Assembly (NCBI RefSeq): GCF_002310835.1
Contig: NZ_CP011041.1
Location: 690,001 to 722,000 of the forward strand
Direction: 5' to 3'
Origin: Pseudoalteromonas tetraodonis
Lineage (GTDB): Bacteria > Pseudomonadota > Gammaproteobacteria > Enterobacterales > Alteromonadaceae
Length of the DNA stretch: 32,000 nt
The notes below the pieces were generated by a model that ran no database searches, was not told the origin of the DNA, and worked only from the letters and a program-made list of their open reading frames with translations. The position numbers and the translations under genes were made by a program. Shown here in pieces: positions 1 to 7,750 of the stretch. Within the stretch, counting starts at the first letter, position 1. Each line of letters begins with the position of its first letter.

Positions 1-284
1 AGCAAGCTATTTTAGAGCAGGCTCAAGATAGCACCGCACTAACTACTTTGTTTTCAGGTCGAGCCGCGCGGGGTATTCAAAACCGCGTCATGCTCGAGTT
101 AGGTACTATGCCTGAGGGCGTGCCTTCGTTTCCTCACGCTAGTAGCGCAATAACTGCATTAAGAACATGCGCTGAAAAAGCAGGCCAAAGTGATTTTTCG
201 CCTTTATGGTGTGGTCAAAAGTATGTGCCTCGGGTGGGGGTATCAGCTGCGGATATTACGCATATTTTAATGGAAAAATGGTAA
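1..284 (+). CDS. Nitronate monooxygenase (2-nitropropane dioxygenase)-like FMN enzyme, C-terminal fragment; 5' end lies outside the window
   Basis: Frame 3 is open from the window edge to TAA at 282-284. The tail ...TTLFSGRAARGIQNRVMLELG... resembles the conserved GRxARGxxNR segment near the C-terminus of NMO-family enzymes. Recognised from memory only. Confidence 0.55.
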   Translation, partial: QAILEQAQDSTALTTLFSGRAARGIQNRVMLELGTMPEGVPSFPHASSAITALRTCAEKAGQSDFSPLWCGQKYVPRVGVSAADITHILMEKW

Positions 285-290
285 TGTTTA

Positions 291-857
291 ATGTCTGATA
301 ACCCACTTTTATCGCTTGGCGATAGTTATGAAGTGCTTATAAATAAGCTTAAAACACAATTGGCAGGTATTTACCCTCAACAGCTTGTCGCGCGCAATAC
401 CGTGTTATTGCCCCAAGGCGATGTACAGCGTTATGGCTATTTAATTGTGGAGGGGGTTTTAGGTGCTATTCATGATGATATTGATGGCGGGCAAAAATGC
501 AAAGAGTTTTATTTTAAAAATGAGTTTGCATTGCTGTTTGCCAATTGGATGACCTCAAGCCCCGCTTTTTACCAATTAAAAGTAATTAATGAGGCAAGTG
601 TAATTAAAGTACCGCTGACACTATTTGAGCAAGCACAGTACCAACTCATTAAGCAGCAACTCATTGCGCAGCAACTAATATTTAAAGAAGCCAAAGAAGC
701 ATTTTTATTACTCAACAGCCCCGAGCAGCGATACTGTTACTTGCTTAAACATAAACCGCATTGGTTGGCGCAGTTAAGCTTAAGCCAAGTGGCTATGTAT
801 ATAGGTATTTCGGCCATTTCGTTATCTCGAATTCGTAAGCGACTTAACTTAAGTTAA
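291..857 (+). CDS. Crp/Fnr-family transcriptional regulator (cNMP-binding-like domain plus C-terminal HTH)
   Basis: 188 aa. N-terminal beta-roll-like region (GYLIVEGVLGAI). C-terminal Crp-type HTH LSQVAMYIGISAISLSRIRKRL. Confidence 0.75.
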   Translation: MSDNPLLSLGDSYEVLINKLKTQLAGIYPQQLVARNTVLLPQGDVQRYGYLIVEGVLGAIHDDIDGGQKCKEFYFKNEFALLFANWMTSSPAFYQLKVINEASVIKVPLTLFEQAQYQLIKQQLIAQQLIFKEAKEAFLLLNSPEQRYCYLLKHKPHWLAQLSLSQVAMYIGISAISLSRIRKRLNLS

Positions 858-919
858 GTGCTGTTTATATAAAGCACTATACACTCCTCATTTTTACGCC
901 TTTAGTGCCTTGGAGTGTT

Positions 920-1426
920 ATGTTTTTAATTGCCCAATCATTGGTTGCCGTCGCGACTTTACTCGACTTAGCTTCATTTCAGTTTAAGTCCCGACGCATT
1001 ATTTTATGTTGTTTATTTACCTCTGTGTTATTAACCTCAGTCCACTTTTTTATTTTGGGTTATAACAGTGCTGGCTGCTTAATGCTTATTGCCGCGTTAC
1101 GTTATTTTTACTGCATATACTTTAAGCATACTTGGGCCATGTTTGGATTTATGGCAGTGAGTTGTTTAGCCGTTTATTTAACATGGCAAGATTGGTTTAG
1201 TGGCTTTGCGCTGGTGGCGACATTAATACAAACCATTGCTTCATTTCAAAATAGAGACTTGCACTTGAGGTTATGTATGGTGGTGGGAACCTCTTTTTGG
1301 ATAACGCATAATATTTTTGCTGGCTCCCCTGTGGCAATAATTATGGAAAGCCTATTTTTAAGTAGTAACTTATTTGGTTTATATCGATTTTATATTAGTA
1401 AAAAAGTCTTGCTGAACCTCAAGTAG
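920..1426 (+). CDS. YgjV-like inner membrane protein
   Basis: Polytopic hydrophobic protein of about 170 aa; the N-terminus (IAQSLVAVATLLDLASFQFKSRR) resembles the YgjV family. The ORF track starts at GTG 905. The in-frame ATG at 920 is preceded by GGAG (912-915) and is preferred. Confidence 0.6.
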   Translation: MFLIAQSLVAVATLLDLASFQFKSRRIILCCLFTSVLLTSVHFFILGYNSAGCLMLIAALRYFYCIYFKHTWAMFGFMAVSCLAVYLTWQDWFSGFALVATLIQTIASFQNRDLHLRLCMVVGTSFWITHNIFAGSPVAIIMESLFLSSNLFGLYRFYISKKVLLNLK

Positions 1427-1454
1427 GAACGTAAAATGCAGCAATGTAAACTTA

Positions 1455-1970
1455 TTAAAAGAACTGTTTGGCAATTTCTTTTAATAAAAAGGTTTCTCGA
1501 ATAATCGACAATCCTTGTTTATCGCTATTAGCTAATGTGCGTTCGTTGTGAGCTATCGCCTCAAAAATATTTACCCATTTAGCTTGCATACCATTTTGTT
1601 GCTCATAGTGCTCAAGCTGTGCTTGGCCGAGTTGTTCGTTAATTTCGCATACATAACAGTATGACTTTATATGAATAATATCAAAGTCATCTTTGTACCA
1701 AGGACGATATTCTTCATAGAGGCCAAACTCACTGCAGATTTTTATATTTTGCGCGCCAGTTTCTTCATTAAGCTCTCTGATAAGTCCTTGTTCAATGCTT
1801 TCGTGTAAGTCTACGCCACCACCGGGTAAACTAAAATCGTCATAGCGCTGAGTGTACATTAATAAAATGTACTGCTGTTTAAATACAATTGCGCGAGCAG
1901 TAGGGCGAGTAAACTGACGACCATGAGTAATATTAATAGTGGGGTGAATAGTGGTTTTTAATAGGCGCAT
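1455..1970 (-). CDS. Nudix hydrolase
   Basis: Complete Nudix box GX5EX7REUXEEXGU: GGVDLHESIEQGLIRELNEETGA. Confidence 0.85.
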   Translation of the reverse strand: MRLLKTTIHPTINITHGRQFTRPTARAIVFKQQYILLMYTQRYDDFSLPGGGVDLHESIEQGLIRELNEETGAQNIKICSEFGLYEEYRPWYKDDFDIIHIKSYCYVCEINEQLGQAQLEHYEQQNGMQAKWVNIFEAIAHNERTLANSDKQGLSIIRETFLLKEIAKQFF

Positions 1971-2197
1971 AACGACTCCAGCAATAAAGGTAAATTATAT
2001 CAGTTGGTTGTATTAATTACTTCATTGTTAAAAAGTAATTAACTGAAAAGATTGTTAATTTAAGCGTTTATACATATATCTGTAGTTATAATGGCGAACT
2101 ATTAAAAAATAAAATGTCATTGTTTTAGTCCTGCTCTGAATACCTTTCATTTGTTTAAAGGGGTGAGTAGAATAATAAAAAAGCATAGGGATTAATC

Positions 2198-3538
2198 ATG
2201 TTAAATATACTTTTAGTTGATGACGACATCGAATTTAGTGATGTTATTTGTCATATTGTTGAGTTTCTTGGGCATAATATTCAAACTGCAACCAGTTTAG
2301 AAGAAGCGCATCAGTGGTTTGAGAATAATTCCTTTGATCATGTATTACTGGATTTCATGTTACCCGATGGTAGCGGCTTGCACTTATTAGACCATTTAAA
2401 AATGATTGGTCAATCTCCTAAAGTCACTCTTATTTCAGGGCACCCATCGGTTAAGGGGATTTTAGCCGATATGTGTGAGCCCAATGTAACGCATTTACTA
2501 AAGCCGCTGCAGCGAGAAGATTTAGAACTGGTTTTAAATGGTCCTAAAAAAACTGTTAAAAAAGCTAAGAAAAACGCTATCACCCATCATTTTGATACCT
2601 TAATTGGTGAATCTGAGGCAATGCAAAAGCTCTATACTATGATAGAACGTGTTGCTAAAACACAGGCTAACGTAATGTTAGTAGGTGAAAGTGGTGCCGG
2701 TAAAGAAGTGGTTGCACAAGCGATTCATAATGCCAGTCAATGCGAAGGACCTTTAGTTGCTAGCAACTGTGGCGCCCTTTCAAAAGAGCTTATTGGCAGT
2801 GAATTATTTGGTCATGAAAAAGGTGCCTTTACAGGGGCGATAGCCCGCAAAGAGGGCGTGTTTGAACAGGCAAATGATGGCACCTTATTTTTAGATGAAG
2901 TCACTGAAATGCCCATTGGCATGCAGCCTAATTTATTGCGCGTATTAGAAACAAAAAAAGTAACAAGGGTAGGTGGCAACCGAGAAATTCCAACTAACTG
3001 CCGTGTTATTTCAGCGACTAATCGCTCCCTTACCGATTTAGCGCAGAATAATATTTTACGTGAAGATATTTACTTTAGGCTTGCCGTATTTCCTATTGAT
3101 ATACCGCCATTACGTGAACGAAAAGACGATATTCCATTATTGGCAAAAGTCTTTTTAGAGCAGTTAAATGACGAAAATGGCACTGCTTTTAGCTGGACGA
3201 ACGAGCAACTTAAAGAGCTGCAAACGTACGACTGGCCAGGTAATGTACGTGAACTTCGTCATGCAATTCATCGCGCTTTTATTATGAGCGATCCACAAAC
3301 AAGCGATGTGGCACTGCCTGATAACCTAGAGTCACCTTTTTCACGAGTAAATAATCAAGCTCAGGAAAATCAGGTTTCTGCAGGACAAACCATTGAAGAA
3401 GTTGAAAAAGAGCTTATTCATGCAACACTCGATAAAGTACAAGGTAATAAAACATTGGCTGCACAAATGTTAGGTATAAGTACTAAAACGCTTTATAACC
3501 GCCTTAACGCATATGGTGGCATTGGCGAATATAAATAA
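2198..3538 (+). CDS. Sigma-54-dependent response regulator (NtrC family: REC, AAA+ and Fis-type HTH)
   Basis: Receiver with DDD acidic pocket, acceptor Asp in VLLDFMLPDGSG and LLKP Lys. Walker A GESGAGKE. GAFTGA loop (EKGAFTGA). Walker B LFLDEV. C-terminal HTH GNKTLAAQMLGISTKTLYNRL. SD AGGGA lies 6 nt upstream of the ATG. Confidence 0.92.
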   Translation: MLNILLVDDDIEFSDVICHIVEFLGHNIQTATSLEEAHQWFENNSFDHVLLDFMLPDGSGLHLLDHLKMIGQSPKVTLISGHPSVKGILADMCEPNVTHLLKPLQREDLELVLNGPKKTVKKAKKNAITHHFDTLIGESEAMQKLYTMIERVAKTQANVMLVGESGAGKEVVAQAIHNASQCEGPLVASNCGALSKELIGSELFGHEKGAFTGAIARKEGVFEQANDGTLFLDEVTEMPIGMQPNLLRVLETKKVTRVGGNREIPTNCRVISATNRSLTDLAQNNILREDIYFRLAVFPIDIPPLRERKDDIPLLAKVFLEQLNDENGTAFSWTNEQLKELQTYDWPGNVRELRHAIHRAFIMSDPQTSDVALPDNLESPFSRVNNQAQENQVSAGQTIEEVEKELIHATLDKVQGNKTLAAQMLGISTKTLYNRLNAYGGIGEYK

Positions 3539-3555
3539 AACAACATGAGGATAGT

Positions 3556-3765
3556 ATGGCATTAACTAAACAAATAAAGCCTTTAAACGAATTAGTACAT
3601 GATGCGCGGGCACCGTTAAATCGTATTTCAATGAATGCTGAGCTTATCAAGCTAGTACTTGAAAACGATATGCCCGTCGAAAAAGCACTCGAGGCACTCG
3701 ATAAAATAATTGTTAATTGCCAAGCATGTAGTGACAGTTTACAGCTTATTTCAGACTCAAAATAA
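3556..3765 (+). CDS. 69-aa stand-alone DHp (HisKA-like) helical-hairpin protein with an H-box; no catalytic ATPase domain
   Basis: GAGGA SD lies 5 nt upstream of the ATG. Gaps to the flanking genes are 17 and 18 nt. The H-box ELVHDARAPLNRISMNAELI matches the HDxxxPLxxI pattern of the downstream kinase (SHDLQEPLRKI). A short loop (NDMPVE) and a second predicted helix follow. The protein ends after the second helix. Confidence 0.55.
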   Translation: MALTKQIKPLNELVHDARAPLNRISMNAELIKLVLENDMPVEKALEALDKIIVNCQACSDSLQLISDSK

Positions 3766-3783
3766 TAAAAACCAGGACGATAA

Positions 3784-5268
3784 ATGATTAAACGCAAACA
3801 GCAAGGCAAAGCAAATGTAGTATGGGCGTTATTTATCTCCATAATACTATGCATTATTGTAGGTAATGCATTTTTAGCGGTTAATACCATACAAGGCTTA
3901 ACGCGTACTCAGCAAAGTTTAGATAACACTAATATGTTAAGCACGGCGATAGAGCAATTGCACCTTTCGGTAGTGCAAGCTGAGTCGGGGCAGCGTGGGT
4001 ATTTATTAACTCAAACGGATGATTATTTAGTGCCTTACTACGATGCTATCGCACAAATAAAGTCTCAAACGAACCATGTGAGCGCCTTACATTCTGAAAT
4101 TGACGGGCAGGCTGAGCGTATTGCACAGCTGTTACTCTTGGTTGAAGCTAAAATAGCTGAGCTTAAAAAAACGGTTAAATTAGCATTAAATGATAAAGAA
4201 AAACGCGCTTTAGTAATACTGAACTCACATGAAGGGCGAGACCTATATAGAGAGATCCGTCAGCGAGTTAATGATATACAAGAACGTGAATTGCTGTTTA
4301 AAGTCAGTCACTTTTCGAAATTAGCACAAATTAAGAAAGAAGCTAAAATCACTTTTGGTATTACTGCAGTGACCAGCGCATTATTGATTTTGGGTATGTT
4401 TTTATTGGCTAGACTTAATTTAAAAAATGCGGCCGAGTATCGTGCTGAGCTTGAAATGCAAAACGAAACCTTAGCCAGTAAAGTGACCGAACGTACCCAA
4501 GAACTTACGTTATATTCTGATGAGTTAAGTCGCAGTAACCGAGAGTTAGAAGAGTTTGCTTTTGTTGCCAGTCATGACTTGCAAGAGCCGCTAAGAAAAA
4601 TCCAAGCATTTAGTGATCGGCTTGAAAGCATGTTTAAAGACGAGTTGGGTGAAAAGGGAACTGACTACATTGCCCGCATGAAAAATGCCGCACAGCGCAT
4701 GTCTAATTTAATTAATGATTTATTAGAGTTCTCTCGAGTAACAACTCGAGGTAAAGATTTTACCGACACCAATCTAAATAGCATACTTAATGATATTTTA
4801 AGCGATTTAGAAATAGCCATTAATGAGTCTAATGCGCAAGTGATAACGGTTGATATGCCAATCATTCAGGCTGATCCGAGTCAAATGCATCAGCTGTTTT
4901 TAAACTTAATTTCAAATGCAGTGAAGTTTAGAGCGCCTAACGTAAATCCTGTTATTGATATTAGCTTTGAACGAATTAGCGAGTTTAGTGAAGACCATAA
5001 TAGTAAAGTAAGTTGGCATGTTATTACTGTAAAAGATAATGGTATCGGCTTTTCAGCTGAGTATGCAGATAAAATATTTGTGCCATTTCAGCGTTTACAT
5101 GGACGTTCTCAATATAAAGGAACCGGCATTGGATTATCTGTGTGTCGCAGAATTGTAGAGCGACATGGCGGAACTATTACAGCAATAAGCACCCCTAATG
5201 AAGGCGCAACCTTCATTATTAAACTACCTGTGGATGCAGAGTTATTCACATTACAAGGAGAGGCATAA
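3784..5268 (+). CDS. CHASE3-domain sensor histidine kinase (TM, CHASE3, TM, coiled coil, HisKA, HATPase_c)
   Basis: Two TM segments flank a periplasmic region with a CHASE3-like signature (VVQAESGQRGYLLTQTDDYLVPYYDA). H-box FVASHDLQEPLRKI. N-box LFLNLISNAVKF. G-boxes DNGIGF and GTGIGLSVC. Confidence 0.88.
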   Translation: MIKRKQQGKANVVWALFISIILCIIVGNAFLAVNTIQGLTRTQQSLDNTNMLSTAIEQLHLSVVQAESGQRGYLLTQTDDYLVPYYDAIAQIKSQTNHVSALHSEIDGQAERIAQLLLLVEAKIAELKKTVKLALNDKEKRALVILNSHEGRDLYREIRQRVNDIQERELLFKVSHFSKLAQIKKEAKITFGITAVTSALLILGMFLLARLNLKNAAEYRAELEMQNETLASKVTERTQELTLYSDELSRSNRELEEFAFVASHDLQEPLRKIQAFSDRLESMFKDELGEKGTDYIARMKNAAQRMSNLINDLLEFSRVTTRGKDFTDTNLNSILNDILSDLEIAINESNAQVITVDMPIIQADPSQMHQLFLNLISNAVKFRAPNVNPVIDISFERISEFSEDHNSKVSWHVITVKDNGIGFSAEYADKIFVPFQRLHGRSQYKGTGIGLSVCRRIVERHGGTITAISTPNEGATFIIKLPVDAELFTLQGEA

Positions 5269-5269
5269 T

Positions 5270-5731
5270 ATGCCATTAACAAACGTAAAACCCATTACCA
5301 TTTTAATGGCAGACGATGATGAAGATGATCGTTTATTAACCCAAGATGCCCTCGCTGAAAGTCGCGTTTTAAATGAATTACACTTTGTTGAAGACGGTGT
5401 AGAGCTTTTAGAGTATTTAGAGCGTAAAGGGAAGTTTGAAGATAAAACCCTGTCACCAAGACCTGGCTTGATTTTACTCGACTTAAACATGCCGAGAATG
5501 GATGGACGTGAAGCACTTCAAGCGATCAAAGCCAACCCTAATTTAAAAGGTATTCCCGTTGTTATTTTAACTACTTCAAAGCAAGAAGAGGATATGGTTA
5601 AAGGTTACGATTTAGGTGCGGCGTCATATATTACCAAGCCAGTAACTTTTGATGGTTTAGTTGAGTTGATGAAAACGTTAGGTAAATACTGGGTTGAATT
5701 TGTAGAGCTACCAAGCACGTTTAACGATTAA
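5270..5731 (+). CDS. Single-domain response regulator (CheY/Rcp1-like receiver)
   Basis: ADDDEDD acidic pocket, acceptor Asp in LILLDLNMPRMDG, ILTTS, ITKP. The track ORF starts at 5198 inside the kinase gene. ATG 5270 is preceded by AAGGAGAGG and lies 1 nt after the kinase stop, so it is preferred. Confidence 0.9.
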   Translation: MPLTNVKPITILMADDDEDDRLLTQDALAESRVLNELHFVEDGVELLEYLERKGKFEDKTLSPRPGLILLDLNMPRMDGREALQAIKANPNLKGIPVVILTTSKQEEDMVKGYDLGAASYITKPVTFDGLVELMKTLGKYWVEFVELPSTFND

Positions 5732-5756
5732 GCATATAATTAAAATAGGAGACGCT

Positions 5757-7718
5757 ATGTTAGCAAAGGCAACGAAACTGCTATTGGTTGAAGATGATGA
5801 AGATGATTACATTCTTACTCGTGACTATTTAGAGCAGCTCAGTTCCCATGTGTTTGACATAGACTGGATAAGCTCTCCTGAGCAGGCAATACATGTACTA
5901 AGTAAAAATGAGCATGATATTTGCCTGCTTGATTATCGCTTAGGTGCCTCAGATGGCTTAAGTGTTTTAAAGCAAGCGATTAAGAATGGCTTTTGTGGGC
6001 CTATTATCATGTTAACGGGGCAATCTAACGATGCGCTAGATTCGGCTGCGCTTGATGCTGGTGCGGTTGATTACTTAGTTAAAAGTGAAATGAGTGGTAG
6101 CCGGTTTGCCCGTTCTATTCGTTATGCATTAGCGCGCCGCGATGTAGAAGATGAGCGAGTTGAGCGTTTAAAAGCAGAGGCCGAAAACCGTTCAAAAGAC
6201 CGCTTTTTAGCGCATTTAAGCCACGAACTGCGAACTCCCTTGTCGTCTATTTTAGGCTATACCGAACTACTTATGCTCAGTGATTTTAGCAAGCAAGCTG
6301 AAAATGAGTTGGGCGTTATTTATCGTAATGGCAAACATTTATTGAGCTTACTGAATGATGTTTTAGATTTATCTAAAATTGCAGTCGATAAGCTTGAGCT
6401 AAGCTTGGGGGATGTTAATCTTGATAGCCTAATGGCCGACGTGTTTACGCTAATGCGTGTATCAGCCCTTGATAAAGGTTTATCATTAAAATTTGAATCA
6501 CTGGAGCCTTTGCCATTAGTTATTCGTGTAGATGCTACTCGGGTACGACAAATTCTCATTAACCTGATAAATAATGCGATAAAATTTACCGAGCAAGGCG
6601 AAATTATCGTTAACGCATGGACAGAGACGGTGGCTGAACGTGAAATGCTCTTTTTTAGCATTAAAGATTCAGGCTTGGGTATTGCTCCAGAAAAACAAGC
6701 ACTCATCTTTAAGCCTTTTGAGCAAATTGCCGATGTAGAGTCGCGCTCAGTAGGTGGTGCGGGCTTGGGATTAGCTATTTGTTCTGAGCTACTTAGTCGT
6801 ATGCAGGGTACTATTTCATTAGATTCTTATGTAGGTGAGGGCTCAACGTTTACCATTTCCTTATACCCTGGTGATATCAGACAGGTAGAGCGCAATTTAT
6901 TAAAGCTTGATTTAACCCCCAACATGCAGCAAAAAGTAGCGCCATGCGAAGTAAGTGGCAAAGTGTTGGTGGTGGATGACTTACGCGATTTACGCGTGTT
7001 AGTTGGCCATTTAATTGGCTCAGCGGGTGCAGATGTAGATTATGCCGATAATGGCAAACAAGCGCTTGATAAGGTTAAAAAGCAACTCGCAGAAGGCCGC
7101 GCCGCTTACGATATTATATTTTTAGATATTCATATGCCGGTGATGGGCGGAAAAGAAGCAGCCATTGAACTTAGAAAGTTAGGGTTTAAAGGGGCGATTA
7201 TTGCTTTAACCGCGGCCACCATGAAAGGTATTCATAACGAACTAACCGCGTTAGGGTTTGACGATATGATTGCTAAACCTGTGGATTCCAACTTACTTTA
7301 CCAATGCTTAGAGTCAGCGCTGGGGAAAAAAACACAACGTGTTTCATCGATACAGCCAACGCCAAAACATAATACTAATATAAAGCGATTTTTATTAGTG
7401 GAAGACGATGCTGATGCCGGACAAATTACTCAGTTATTATTAGAAAGTTTGGATGTAGACACGGATATAGCAACAAGTGTCAAAGACTGTAAGGCGACGC
7501 TTGAGCATAACAGTAATTACGACAAAGTATTACTCGATATGCATTTACCCGATGGTTCAGGTTTAGAGCTTGCTGGGTTTATTAAAGAACACTATCCTGA
7601 TATTCAACGAGTTATTATTAGTGGAATGGAGCCTGATGCCGTACACATTAGGCAGCTAGAAATAGAGCAAGTTTTGCTTAAACCAATAAACTTGGCGCTA
7701 TTAAGTAAACTTGTTTAA
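5757..7718 (+). CDS. Hybrid histidine kinase, architecture REC-HisKA-HATPase_c-REC-REC, with no HPt domain
   Basis: REC1 has VEDDEDD, CLLDYRLGASDG, MLTGQ and LVKSE. H-box HLSHELRTPLSSILGYTELL. N-box ILINLINNAIKF. G-box GGAGLGLAICS. REC2 has VVDD, IFLDIHMPVMGG, ALTAA and AKPV. REC3 has VEDD, VLLDMHLPDGSG, IISG and LLKP. All three receivers keep their acceptor Asp. Confidence 0.92.
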   Translation: MLAKATKLLLVEDDEDDYILTRDYLEQLSSHVFDIDWISSPEQAIHVLSKNEHDICLLDYRLGASDGLSVLKQAIKNGFCGPIIMLTGQSNDALDSAALDAGAVDYLVKSEMSGSRFARSIRYALARRDVEDERVERLKAEAENRSKDRFLAHLSHELRTPLSSILGYTELLMLSDFSKQAENELGVIYRNGKHLLSLLNDVLDLSKIAVDKLELSLGDVNLDSLMADVFTLMRVSALDKGLSLKFESLEPLPLVIRVDATRVRQILINLINNAIKFTEQGEIIVNAWTETVAEREMLFFSIKDSGLGIAPEKQALIFKPFEQIADVESRSVGGAGLGLAICSELLSRMQGTISLDSYVGEGSTFTISLYPGDIRQVERNLLKLDLTPNMQQKVAPCEVSGKVLVVDDLRDLRVLVGHLIGSAGADVDYADNGKQALDKVKKQLAEGRAAYDIIFLDIHMPVMGGKEAAIELRKLGFKGAIIALTAATMKGIHNELTALGFDDMIAKPVDSNLLYQCLESALGKKTQRVSSIQPTPKHNTNIKRFLLVEDDADAGQITQLLLESLDVDTDIATSVKDCKATLEHNSNYDKVLLDMHLPDGSGLELAGFIKEHYPDIQRVIISGMEPDAVHIRQLEIEQVLLKPINLALLSKLV

Positions 7719-7750
7719 CGCCACTATTTGCCAATTTATATAATAATTAG

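Noticed and set aside
3504-3890. 128-aa minus-strand ORF spanning the EBP stop, the mini-protein gene and the kinase start
   Set aside because: It is antisense to three well-supported plus-strand genes. It has no SD, a low-complexity Ser/Ile-rich translation and no recognisable motif. This is a typical shadow ORF.
5198-5269. 24-codon N-terminal extension of the single-domain receiver suggested by the ORF track
   Set aside because: The extension overlaps the kinase C-terminus and has no SD. ATG 5270 has a strong AAGGAGAGG and starts where receiver homology begins.
4665-6706. Minus-strand ORFs 4665-4865, 5251-5490, 5295-5516 and 6320-6706 inside the kinase and receiver genes
   Set aside because: All lie entirely inside strongly supported plus-strand signalling genes and have no motifs or ribosome-binding sites. 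They are shadow ORFs.
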